From contig MNWS01000079.1 of the NCBI GenBank assembly GCA_001872685.1, positions 575-42,412 on the forward strand: 41,838 nucleotides of DNA, in the 5' to 3' direction. This document shows positions 27,240-36,158 of the stretch, in pieces. Source of the stretch: Fidelibacterota bacterium CG1_02_48_14. Lineage in GTDB: Bacteria; Fidelibacterota; UBA8477. The translations under genes and the position numbers were made by a program. Under the pieces are notes generated by a model. That model ran no database searches and had not been told where the DNA came from. It worked only from the letters and a program-made list of their open reading frames with translations. Positions within the stretch are counted from its first letter, which is position 1. Each line of letters opens with the position of its first letter.

Positions 27240-28067
27240 GTGAATTATTATGAGTTGATCGGGCTGGAAAAAGAGCCATTTTCAATGACGCCCGATCCCG
27301 ATTTTTATTTTGATGCCAAACATCACTCAAACTGTATTGATCGTTTGGAAATATCACTGCGATTGGGTCGTGGACTGAATGTCGTTCTGGGGGGAATCGG
27401 CCTGGGGAAAACGACGCTCTCCCGGTACTTATTGAACAGATTCACCGAGTATGGCCGGGATTTTAAATTTTTTCTCATCATTGATCCGGGTTTTAGTTCA
27501 AACCTTGAGTTTGTGCAACATATGGCTCGTCTTTTTGGCATTCGAATTCAGCGCGACGATGTGATGGCCTACATGAATATGCTGGAGCATTTCCTGATTG
27601 ACATGGCCTACGAAGCCAATAAACAGATCGTGCTAATCATTGATGAAGGTCAAAAAATGGGACCGTCACAACTTGAGCTTATACGGTCTTTGCTCAATTT
27701 CGAGACCAACCAAAAAAAACTGATGCAGGTGGTGATTTTAGCGCAACCTGAATTTCGCGAGACGCTGAACCACATGCCCAATCTCAAAGACAGAATTGCC
27801 ATGTCCTATACCCTTCAACCTCTGGACAGGGAGGAATCGAAAAACTTTATCGACTACCGTTTGCGGGTTGCAGGACATCCGGCCCCGGGGGAATTATTTA
27901 CTGACGATGCGAAGGATATGATTTTTAACGAAACAAATGGTTATCCAAGAAAAATGGTCGTGCTCAGCCATAATTTGCTGCTCGAAATGATTATTGCCCG
28001 TGAAGAGGCAGTCACCGCAACCATGGTAAACCGATTTTTAAATCAAAAACAATTTACGCAGATATAA
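27240..28067 (+). CDS. ExeA/GspA/MshM-like AAA ATPase (ATPase domain only, no peptidoglycan-binding tail)
   Basis: GTG start 9 nt after GGAG. The N-terminal YYELIGLEKEPF pattern, Walker A GGIGLGKTT and Walker B IIDEGQ are present. Confidence 0.8.
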   Translation: MNYYELIGLEKEPFSMTPDPDFYFDAKHHSNCIDRLEISLRLGRGLNVVLGGIGLGKTTLSRYLLNRFTEYGRDFKFFLIIDPGFSSNLEFVQHMARLFGIRIQRDDVMAYMNMLEHFLIDMAYEANKQIVLIIDEGQKMGPSQLELIRSLLNFETNQKKLMQVVILAQPEFRETLNHMPNLKDRIAMSYTLQPLDREESKNFIDYRLRVAGHPAPGELFTDDAKDMIFNETNGYPRKMVVLSHNLLLEMIIAREEAVTATMVNRFLNQKQFTQI

Positions 28068-28081
28068 CGCTTAAGTAATTC

Positions 28082-31081
28082 ATGGCTGAAAAGAATAACG
28101 ACCAGAAATTAGCAACCAGTCGCTTACTCGATTTACTACGGGCACAACAAGTCGGTCCTCCTGAATCGGACGATGATTCACCCAAAAGGTCACGTGCCAA
28201 AGAGGTAGAGCCGGAAACCGAAGAAATATCCGAGATCAAGACAACTACGGTCGAAAAAGAGATACCGATCCCCCCTTCAAAAGTAGAGTCTGACAGACAA
28301 ACAAAAGTTGTTTCTCAGACTGACAATGAACCAGAAACAGACCAGGTCAAAACTAAAGAAACTCCTCAAAAACCCGTCAAATCAGCTTCTGACGAGGAAC
28401 TTGATCCGTCGGATTTGCCCAAATCCACTGATGACTTTGAAGCACGATTTATGACTCATAAAACCGTGCCGATCCCTAAAAATGATGCCGCCGATTTAAA
28501 GAAAAAACTCGATTTTTTAACAACGGAATTCTCAAAATCAGAGGTGACACGACAAGTTGAAACAGAGCAGCCGGAACCGCTGCCTGTTCCCCCTCCGGAG
28601 ACAACCCCACCAAAGGAGCAGGAGGTACTTGTACCCGAGCAGCCTTTGGCAGTTGAAGCCAAGACTGAGATTAAACCTGACCCTGAACCTGAACCTCAAC
28701 CTCAACCTCAACCTCAACCTCAACCTGAACCTGAACCTGAACCTGAACCTGAACCTGAACCTATATCAGAGTCGATTGAAAAGGTCAAATCGGAGCCGGT
28801 TGAAGCACCGCAAACAGAAATTTCCTCGCAATCGGATGATTCAGCTCTGGGAGTGGATGATTTACAACCACCTCCTTCCAAAAGCCCGGGTGGTGCGAAT
28901 CAAACCAAATTGATGAGTCTCCTCAATGCACTTGAGAAGAAAGATCAGGAACCGTCAGTTCCAGCTACCGAAGAGCCTGTCCTGTCGGCAGACGACATTC
29001 TTGGAACGACGCCCATTGGCGCTCCGCTCAAAAATCAGCCTGTAGTTGAAGTACCTGAACCCATACTTGAGGAGGATCAACTGCCCGTTGAGCCGGAAAG
29101 TCAACCTGATGCACCGAAAAAACCTCGGGGCGCCAGGAATCTACTGGACCGGCGTAAAAAATTCATTGAAGCAGAGAAATCTGAAAAAGCCACAGAGGCG
29201 ATCCGGACCCAGCTTGTAGAGGAAGCCCAACAGCGCAGTACGAGCTTTGAAATTGAAGTAGATGACGAAGGCTGGGCCCTTCCGCTTGGGTTTGGTCCGG
29301 ACTTGTTCGAAATGGCCGAGTCTCTGGCACCGAGTTTACAGGCTGACCAATTCACCGCAAACCTGATGCGTCGCATCATGAAATCCAGCCATCGAATTTG
29401 TCTGGACGTGGATGATCACGGCGTTCGTTATCTCGAAGCCAAAGTTGCCGGGTCGGGATTTACGGTCCAAAAATTCGGTCGCCTGACACTGCCCTATAAA
29501 TTGGATGATGCGACCACGATCAAAGATATTCGGACGCTGGTTGAGGTTGCGCTCCCCAAAATATTTGATAAAAAGTCCCGGAAGAACAGCTATACGACTA
29601 TCTATTCCAACCAGTTTCAGGGTAAAACGCACTTTTTCCTTTCGCCTCCAGGGTTGGGTAAAAAGGATTTAGGTGAATTGATTAATTGGCAGGCTCAGAA
29701 GAACATGAACCTGGGTGAGGGACGCGGAATACTGAGACATTTCGCCCAGTCTTCCCCAACTTCAGGCGGTAAAGATCATGTCGTCATATTGGGTGCAGAC
29801 AAAGAAGCCACCAAGCAAGCGCTGGCATTATATAAAAAATCCGGATTCAAAATTCGATACACTTCCCAACTACCTGCCATTTTATGGCATGCTTTTAAAC
29901 GCGAATATCCCGATCAGGCAAACCGTACGGTCATCCTGTTGCATATGGAACAATCAAAAACCACGCTCGTGGTGGTGCATCAGGGCGTCCTTTTAACCAC
30001 GCGGGAAATTGCGGTAGGTATTGATGATTTTGAGGCAGCGCTTGAGCAGAAAGTCAATATCGACGGCAAGGCACTGAACCTGAATCGGACCGAAGCCCGG
30101 AAGATTTTCTTTGATTATGGTATCCCCAAAAATCCCATTGGAAAGATAAAACCACACGGTTTGACATTATATCGTGTGTCTATTTTCCTGCGCCCGGTGA
30201 TCGAGCGTTTAACAAGTGAAATTCAACGCTCAATAAATTTTTTCAAAAAGCAGTACAATGAGTTGAGCTGGGACCATATTTATATCAGTGGGCTCGGTGG
30301 AGCCGTGCCAAATCTATCCCGGGCGTTGAAGGAAAATTTGGGGTTCGAAATCAGTTTGTTTAATCCGGTGCGAGCTGAAAATGTAAGTTACGCTGACGAG
30401 GATCATCCGATTCCCTTCGAGGAATTTCCCAATTATGTGACCCTTTTTTCAATGCTGAGTATTCAAAGTAACGATTACAATTTGTTGCCTCAGGAGATGC
30501 TTTTAGATCAGCAATTGATTCCCTACGCCAGTGTCGCCGGTTTGGCTGCCGCCATTTTGGTCCCCATCATTTTATTGAGCGTGACCTTTCAGCAGATTCG
30601 TGCGAACGATTTGAAGCACGAGCTTGAAACAAAGGAAGCGCCCTTACGCAATATGTCGCCCAAGACTGAACAGTATTTGGGTTTTCAGAAAGACATTCGA
30701 ATTTTGGATCAATATGAGGGATTTCTTGAGACCGACAGTCTGAAAAGTGAAAATTATGTGAAGGTTCTGAAATTCCTGTCACACATCGTTCCGGTCGAGA
30801 TTAAACTCACCAAACTTACCATTGATAAAGACCTGAAGGGTGGTGTCATGGTGAGTGATTCCACAAATATTGATGGAGTCAGTGACGCTGATTCTTATCG
30901 CGATTTTGTTCTATTGGATGGATTTGTTGAGTCTGACCGCAGCGTTTCCGACATCCAGCTGACCAACTTTAAGATGAAAGTGGAAAAAGCGGGATTTTTC
31001 AAAAAAGTTAAAATGGTCATCAAACCCAGGGATGATAAAGAGGGTGAGCGGCGCTTTTTTGAGATGGATTGTGAATTTTAA
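28082..31081 (+). CDS. PilM-PilN fusion (MshI-like) with a disordered acidic Pro-rich N-terminal extension of about 430 aa
   Basis: The actin-like PilM region runs from about nt 29390 (HRICLDVDDHGVRYLE ... ISGLGGAVPNLSRALKENLGFEISLFNPV). The PilN-type YNLLPQE motif plus a TM helix is at about nt 30476-30600, followed by a periplasmic tail. Confidence 0.8.
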   Translation: MAEKNNDQKLATSRLLDLLRAQQVGPPESDDDSPKRSRAKEVEPETEEISEIKTTTVEKEIPIPPSKVESDRQTKVVSQTDNEPETDQVKTKETPQKPVKSASDEELDPSDLPKSTDDFEARFMTHKTVPIPKNDAADLKKKLDFLTTEFSKSEVTRQVETEQPEPLPVPPPETTPPKEQEVLVPEQPLAVEAKTEIKPDPEPEPQPQPQPQPQPEPEPEPEPEPEPISESIEKVKSEPVEAPQTEISSQSDDSALGVDDLQPPPSKSPGGANQTKLMSLLNALEKKDQEPSVPATEEPVLSADDILGTTPIGAPLKNQPVVEVPEPILEEDQLPVEPESQPDAPKKPRGARNLLDRRKKFIEAEKSEKATEAIRTQLVEEAQQRSTSFEIEVDDEGWALPLGFGPDLFEMAESLAPSLQADQFTANLMRRIMKSSHRICLDVDDHGVRYLEAKVAGSGFTVQKFGRLTLPYKLDDATTIKDIRTLVEVALPKIFDKKSRKNSYTTIYSNQFQGKTHFFLSPPGLGKKDLGELINWQAQKNMNLGEGRGILRHFAQSSPTSGGKDHVVILGADKEATKQALALYKKSGFKIRYTSQLPAILWHAFKREYPDQANRTVILLHMEQSKTTLVVVHQGVLLTTREIAVGIDDFEAALEQKVNIDGKALNLNRTEARKIFFDYGIPKNPIGKIKPHGLTLYRVSIFLRPVIERLTSEIQRSINFFKKQYNELSWDHIYISGLGGAVPNLSRALKENLGFEISLFNPVRAENVSYADEDHPIPFEEFPNYVTLFSMLSIQSNDYNLLPQEMLLDQQLIPYASVAGLAAAILVPIILLSVTFQQIRANDLKHELETKEAPLRNMSPKTEQYLGFQKDIRILDQYEGFLETDSLKSENYVKVLKFLSHIVPVEIKLTKLTIDKDLKGGVMVSDSTNIDGVSDADSYRDFVLLDGFVESDRSVSDIQLTNFKMKVEKAGFFKKVKMVIKPRDDKEGERRFFEMDCEF
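28676..28762 (+). repeat. In-frame hexanucleotide microsatellite: CCTGAC x1, CCTGAA x2, CCTCAA x5, CCTGAA x6, then CCT
   Basis: Fourteen tandem hexamers counted base by base. They encode PDPEPEPQPQPQPQPQPEPEPEPEPEPEP inside the PilMN extension. Confidence 0.95.
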
Positions 31082-31108
31082 TGATCGTCAAAAAGACCAA
31101 TTATTAAG

Positions 31109-31681
31109 ATGAATACAAGAACTAAACTGGGGATTTCAATTGGCGTCATCATTCTGTCCCTGCTGGTACTCATATGGCAAAATTTTATGCACGCCGGGCT
31201 GGCAATCGACCTTACTGAAGCAAGACTCCAGGAGGTCAATCTCCGATATGAAGAGATCAATGCCAGTGAAGAAGCTTATGATGCAGTGAAGGCGAGGTAT
31301 GACAAGACAATTGAAGCTTTCACAACCCTTCAAGCCAAAGTTCCGGACCGGAACGGATTCATCCAGGCTATGAATTTCATTCGTAATTCTGCAGCAAAGC
31401 ATAACATCAACCTGGTCTCCATCGAACCCAATTTGGAAGATGCCTGGCCAAACATTAAATCGAACCTCACCACAACAACCATTCATATCGAAAAATATCC
31501 GGTGTCCATGACATTTGAAGGGGATTACATTTCGATTGGGACCTTTCTGGAAATATTGAGTGAAGGCGAGTTCGATTTTAATATCGGACGGCTGGAATTG
31601 GCATCTGAACTGGGTAATGAGGGTGCGTTAAATGCCAAGTGTATGCTGTTTGCCTATATGTTTGTGACGGAAAATGGCTGA
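31109..31681 (+). CDS. pilO: PilO-like type IV pilus alignment-complex protein
   Basis: An N-terminal TM helix, a coiled-coil segment, then a PilO-like C-terminal fold (YPVSMTFEGDYISIGTFLEIL). It sits between the pilMN and secretin genes. Confidence 0.7.
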   Translation: MNTRTKLGISIGVIILSLLVLIWQNFMHAGLAIDLTEARLQEVNLRYEEINASEEAYDAVKARYDKTIEAFTTLQAKVPDRNGFIQAMNFIRNSAAKHNINLVSIEPNLEDAWPNIKSNLTTTTIHIEKYPVSMTFEGDYISIGTFLEILSEGEFDFNIGRLELASELGNEGALNAKCMLFAYMFVTENG

Positions 31682-32147
31682 GAAACGACAGAAAATAATT
31701 TTGCTCGTGCTTGGGCTGGTGGTGGTCTTGTTTGTGATCGATCAGGGATGGTTGACGGGTGGGAAAACCGGAGCGATCACCGGAGCGCCCAAAAACGGAA
31801 CGGCGGATATTCAGGCGAATATCAAGGCTGACCAGGCTTCGTATCAGCTAAAGGGGAAAATTAAGCCATTGACCTACAACGGCACCTGGGAAGAAGATCC
31901 GTTTTATTACCTCACCTCCGATGAACTGATGGATCAAGGGCTGTTGGGTGATATGTTTAAAAGCGGCGACGCTGATTTAAAAATCACGGCCATCTCAATT
32001 CGGGGTACCGAAGGAATGGCGATCATTAATAATGAAGTCGTGACGGCGGGTGATCCAATCGGTGGATTCATTGTTGATCAAATTGGCCGGAATTATGTAA
32101 TTTTGCGCAAAGGGACAAAAACCGTGCGGGTTGATTTAGAGGAATAA
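31674..32147 (+). CDS. PilP / MshK / GspC-HR-like inner-membrane secretin-coupling protein
   Basis: The start overlaps the pilO stop (ATGGCTGA). It has an N-terminal TM helix. The C-terminal LKITAISIRGTEGMAIINNEVVTAGDPIGGFIVDQIGRNYVIL resembles the HR domain pattern. Confidence 0.55.
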   Translation: MAEKRQKIILLVLGLVVVLFVIDQGWLTGGKTGAITGAPKNGTADIQANIKADQASYQLKGKIKPLTYNGTWEEDPFYYLTSDELMDQGLLGDMFKSGDADLKITAISIRGTEGMAIINNEVVTAGDPIGGFIVDQIGRNYVILRKGTKTVRVDLEE

Positions 32148-32151
32148 CGGA

Positions 32152-33936
32152 GTGGGAATGACGCAGGCGGTGGTTCGAGATTTACAGAAAAACAGATTCA
32201 AAATGTGGGTCATCCTGCTTTCAATGGCTGCAGTTCTCTATGCAAAGAAAGAGAACCCGGTCATTACAGGCATCAATACTTTTGAATCCAAAGACCGACA
32301 CGGTATCATTATCAATGCCACAGAACCGCTTGAGTACAAAATCACATCCAGCCAAAGTCCGCCTCAGGTTCTCATTGAGTTTAAAAATGTAAAGTATGGT
32401 ATGGAAGGTGCCTTTGTTAAGTACATCCATTTACCCCCTGTTTATCGTGTTGAAGCCCGGGCGATGCTTTCCGGTGGCGATAAGGTACAGATCCGTTTTG
32501 ATATGGACCGGATTGTGGACATCCAGGTTGATCGGAACGGAACCAACCTGATTTTCTCTTGGATACCGACAGCGGTTGAACGGGAGCGACGAGCCCGGGC
32601 GCGGCAGGTGAACCAATTTGATATAACTGTTTCCATTAATTTTAAAGAAGCTGAGCTGATCAATGTTTTGCGACTCATTGCCAAACAAAATAATCTGAAT
32701 ATCATCGCCGGGGAAGAGGTGGTGGGTACGGTCACCGCAAACCTGAAGGATGTGAGTCTGGGAGATGCACTGGACGCGTTGTTGAAGGTGAATAATTACG
32801 ATTGGTTTCTGAAAGAGAATATCATTGTTGTTAAGCCGATGGATCAACAATTGGAAGGTGAATTAGAGACCCGCATCTACAAACTGGAATATGTTGATGC
32901 TGGCGCCCTGTCGGCTGCGCTTTCAAATGTGCTGTCCCAAAAGGGGAAAGTGCAGGTTTTCTCCAAAGTCCTCACCGGAGGTGCCAGCGGAGGCGCTTCG
33001 GGTGGTGGTGGAGCCGCTGGCGGGGGTGGTGGCGCTGCAGGTGGCGGTGCTTTAGCGGCTTTGGCTGGTGCGGCCGGGGGCGGTGGTGGTGCTGCCGGAG
33101 GTGGTGGCGGTGCAGCCGGAGGTGGCACTGGCGGGTCTGGCGGGAGTACCGACATTTTGTTGGTTTCAGATCTCCATAATAATTTTAACGAAATTGAACG
33201 GGTAATTGACCAGCTTGATCAGCCGATTCCACAAATCAATATCTCTGTGAAATTCATCGAGACGAATCTTGATATGAACGAGCGGCTGGGAATAAACTGG
33301 AATATGCGAGCCTCACTGGTGGGTGGTGACCAGGGGACAGCAGGCACCTTTCCTATCGGAAAATGGAAAAATCTAAGCCTGGCTACACTCGATGTTCTGA
33401 GTTTCACGGCAATTCTTGACATCCTGTCCAGCGATAACCAGACACGGTTAATTCAGGAACCTCAGGTCACAACTGCTGAAAACATGATGGCAAATGTTTC
33501 GGTCGGAACGACCTATCCGGTGACGGTGCCTACAGCTGAAGGTGGGCTGGCGGGTACACAGCCGGTCACATTCCAGGACCAGGACATCCAGATCAATCTG
33601 AGTGTTCAGCCCAAAATAAATGAAAAAGTATTTATCACCATGAGCATTAATGCTGTGGTACAAGCGCTGGTTGGATTTACCGGACCCAATGCTGACCGAC
33701 CGATAATTTCAGAGCGTACAACGACAACGCAGGTGCGGGTGCGGAATGGTGAAACTCTGCTCATCGGTGGGTTGATTTTCGAGCAGGAAGATCAAAGTCT
33801 CACGAAATTGCCTTTGCTGGGAAATATCCCCCTCATCGGCGGTTTGTTCAGAAATAAATCGGAGGTGACCAAACAACGGGAGCTTCTGATTTTTATAACA
33901 CCTAATATTGTCTCGGATACATTGACTCAACCATAG
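32152..33936 (+). CDS. pilQ: Type IV pilus secretin PilQ with AMIN domain, N0/N1 domains and secretin core
   Basis: A signal peptide and an AMIN-like region (VLIEFKNVKY...IRFDM). An N0 region (INFKEAELINVLRLIAKQNNLNII). The secretin C-terminal motif LPLLGNIPLIGGLFR. An alternative start at ATG 32158 lies 5 nt after GGAG. Confidence 0.9.
   Translation: MGMTQAVVRDLQKNRFKMWVILLSMAAVLYAKKENPVITGINTFESKDRHGIIINATEPLEYKITSSQSPPQVLIEFKNVKYGMEGAFVKYIHLPPVYRVEARAMLSGGDKVQIRFDMDRIVDIQVDRNGTNLIFSWIPTAVERERRARARQVNQFDITVSINFKEAELINVLRLIAKQNNLNIIAGEEVVGTVTANLKDVSLGDALDALLKVNNYDWFLKENIIVVKPMDQQLEGELETRIYKLEYVDAGALSAALSNVLSQKGKVQVFSKVLTGGASGGASGGGGAAGGGGGAAGGGALAALAGAAGGGGGAAGGGGGAAGGGTGGSGGSTDILLVSDLHNNFNEIERVIDQLDQPIPQINISVKFIETNLDMNERLGINWNMRASLVGGDQGTAGTFPIGKWKNLSLATLDVLSFTAILDILSSDNQTRLIQEPQVTTAENMMANVSVGTTYPVTVPTAEGGLAGTQPVTFQDQDIQINLSVQPKINEKVFITMSINAVVQALVGFTGPNADRPIISERTTTTQVRVRNGETLLIGGLIFEQEDQSLTKLPLLGNIPLIGGLFRNKSEVTKQRELLIFITPNIVSDTLTQP
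32977..33147 (+). repeat. GC-rich GGN/GCN low-complexity tract encoding a 57-aa Gly/Ala insert in the secretin
   Basis: It encodes GGASGGASGGGGAAGGGGGAAGGGALAALAGAAGGGGGAAGGGGGAAGGGTGGSGGS, with quasi-repeats of GGGGGAA. Confidence 0.9.
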
Positions 33937-33981
33937 AGGTGCATCATTTCCGGAATTGTTGACATTCTCGATCTGCTGAAC

Positions 33982-35022
33982 ATGGCCAAAGAAAATGGCG
34001 CGTCAGACTTGCATCTAAGCCCCTTTTCACCCCCGCTCATTCGGATTGACGGCCGGATGCGTCGCGCGAAATTGCCCGCCCTCTCCGCCCAGGATGTTCA
34101 TATGCTGGTCTATAATCTTATGACCGATGATGAACGGAAAAAATTTGAGGAGGAGTTGGAACTCGATTTCGCTTACGAATATGCCGGAATTGGCCGTTAT
34201 CGCGTAAATGTCTTCAAAGGATTGCGGGGAGACACGGCAGTGTTGCGTGCTGTGACGAACAAAATGTACACCTTTAATGACCTGGGGTTGCCCGAGATTA
34301 TCAAAGATTTGGTCACACGGGAGAAGGGTTTAATTCTTGTCACCGGCCCCACCGGATCAGGGAAATCGACCTCATTAAATACAATGGTTGACTACATCAA
34401 TGGCAATTACAGACGCCATATCATTACCATTGAGGACCCGGTCGAATTCGTTCACGACTCAAAATTATCACTGGTGAATCAGCGTGAAGTGGGTCCAAAT
34501 ACCAAATCATTCAGTCGCGCATTAAGAAGTGCACTTCGGGAAGACCCCGATGTGATTGTCGTGGGCGAGATGCGCGATCTTGAAACGACCGGCCTGGCTA
34601 TTACGGCAGCGGAAACCGGTCATTTGGTTTTTGGGACATTGCATACCATGAGCGCGGCAAAAACAATCGATCGGATTATTGACCAATATCCGGCGGATCG
34701 GCAGAGCCAGATTCGTACCATGTTGGCGGAATCTATTCTGGCAATCATTTCCCAGGTACTGATGCCCAAACGGGGTGGTGGTCGGGTTGCAGCTTATGAA
34801 ATCATGATCGGCACAGCGGCTGTCCGGAATCTCATTCGTGAGGGCAAAACCTACCAAATTCCTTCCGTTCAGCAGACAAGCGGAAAGCTGGGAATGACGA
34901 CACTCGGACAATCACTGTTAAGTCTGATTTCGTCGGGTCAAATCGAACGCAAGGATGCCCTCCATATCGCCGCTGACAGCGAAGAGATTAAAAAGCAAAT
35001 CGAAAAGACCTCGGGCACATGA
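33982..35022 (+). CDS. pilT: Twitching-motility retraction ATPase PilT
   Basis: Walker A GPTGSGKST, the PilT-specific AVRNLIREGK motif and very PilT-like sequence throughout. The true start may be a non-ATG codon upstream (see findings). Confidence 0.93.
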   Translation: MAKENGASDLHLSPFSPPLIRIDGRMRRAKLPALSAQDVHMLVYNLMTDDERKKFEEELELDFAYEYAGIGRYRVNVFKGLRGDTAVLRAVTNKMYTFNDLGLPEIIKDLVTREKGLILVTGPTGSGKSTSLNTMVDYINGNYRRHIITIEDPVEFVHDSKLSLVNQREVGPNTKSFSRALRSALREDPDVIVVGEMRDLETTGLAITAAETGHLVFGTLHTMSAAKTIDRIIDQYPADRQSQIRTMLAESILAIISQVLMPKRGGGRVAAYEIMIGTAAVRNLIREGKTYQIPSVQQTSGKLGMTTLGQSLLSLISSGQIERKDALHIAADSEEIKKQIEKTSGT

Positions 35023-36131
35023 GTTATAGTATCAATGCATTACTGGGACTAATGGTAGAAGCAGATGCTTCTGATCTGTTTGTGACACTGGGAGCCTATC
35101 CAATGCTCAGCATCAAAGGGGGCACACTTCCGCTGGAAAAGGAAATCCTGACGCCCGAGATCATCAAAGAATTAAAGGATCAGCTTTTTGTTACGGATCG
35201 ACTCCGTCAATTATATGCAGAAAACAATGAGATTGATTTCACCCATAGCGTTCCGGGTATGGGTCGTTTTCGGATAAATTTCTTTAAACAACGCGGCTCT
35301 GATGCGTTCGTCGCACGGAGAATTATCAGCAATATCCGCTCTCTGGAGGATTTGAGTTTACCGCCGATTTTAGCACAACTGGCGGAAGAGGATCGGGGAA
35401 TCATTCTGGTTATCGGCTCAACAGGTTCAGGAAAATCAACCACCCTGGCGGCTATGGTTGATCATCGAAATACAGTTAAATCAGGTCACATCCTGACCCT
35501 GGAAGATCCCATTGAATTTCTCCATCGTCACAAAAAGAGCATTGTGAACCAGCGTGAAATCGGCAGTGACACGTTTACCTACGCCCGTGCTCTGAAAAGC
35601 GCATTGCGCCAGGCGCCGGGCATGTTGCTACTGGGTGAAATTCGGGACATGGAATCCATGGAAGCCGCACTCAATTTTGCTGAGACCGGGCACCTGGTTC
35701 TCACAACGCTTCACGCCACGAATGCCAGCCAGACTTTGCAGCGAATTATGAGCATGTTTTCGCCGGTACAACACGACATGATTCGTATGCAACTTAGCCA
35801 GAATCTGAAAGCAATCGTAGGTCAGCGCTTGATTCCAACGATTGATGGCGGACGGGCAGCGGCTTTGGAAATCATGCTTTCCACCGGTCGAATCAGAGAC
35901 CTTTTGCTCAAAGGTGACATTGATATGCTGCGGCACACGATGGAAGCCGGGCTTGCCGAAGGCATGATAACATTTGATATTGCACTTGAACGCTTATTCC
36001 GAAGTGGCGAGATCACCATGGAACAAGTGTTGAAATTTGCTGACAGACCGACTGATTTACGGGTACGTTTGCATGCTGAGGATGAAGAATTGATTACCGA
36101 AAAAATCGAATTGGAAGAATTTGATGACTAG
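35019..36131 (+). CDS. pilU: PilU-type PilT paralogue ATPase
   Basis: The start overlaps the pilT stop (ATGA). It has GSTGSGKST. It lacks the AIRNLIRE motif and has the PilU-like RIRDLLLKGDIDML instead. Confidence 0.85.
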   Translation: MSYSINALLGLMVEADASDLFVTLGAYPMLSIKGGTLPLEKEILTPEIIKELKDQLFVTDRLRQLYAENNEIDFTHSVPGMGRFRINFFKQRGSDAFVARRIISNIRSLEDLSLPPILAQLAEEDRGIILVIGSTGSGKSTTLAAMVDHRNTVKSGHILTLEDPIEFLHRHKKSIVNQREIGSDTFTYARALKSALRQAPGMLLLGEIRDMESMEAALNFAETGHLVLTTLHATNASQTLQRIMSMFSPVQHDMIRMQLSQNLKAIVGQRLIPTIDGGRAAALEIMLSTGRIRDLLLKGDIDMLRHTMEAGLAEGMITFDIALERLFRSGEITMEQVLKFADRPTDLRVRLHAEDEELITEKIELEEFDD

Positions 36132-36158
36132 CATTAGAAATGAACGAGAGGGTAGTAC

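Noticed and set aside
28676-28762. Whether the tandem repeats here, at 11748-11771 and at 32977-33147 could be a CRISPR array
   Set aside because: The units are 6 nt or irregular, there are no spacers, two of the three lie inside reading frames, and no cas genes are present.
28557-28913. An ORF encoding LNLNLNLN... on the plus strand, and the RLRLRL ORF (28538-28723) on the minus strand
   Set aside because: These are alternative-frame readings of the CCTGAA/CCTCAA hexamer array inside the PilMN gene. The repeat keeps every frame open, so they are artefacts.
30340-30352. A GGTTCGAAATC string resembling a tRNA T-arm
   Set aside because: It lies inside the PilMN coding frame and has no acceptor or anticodon arms around it. 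It is not a tRNA.
32877-33155. A Pro/Ala-rich 92-aa ORF on the minus strand
   Set aside because: It is the antisense reading of the GGN/GCN tract that encodes the secretin Gly/Ala insert. There is no independent support.
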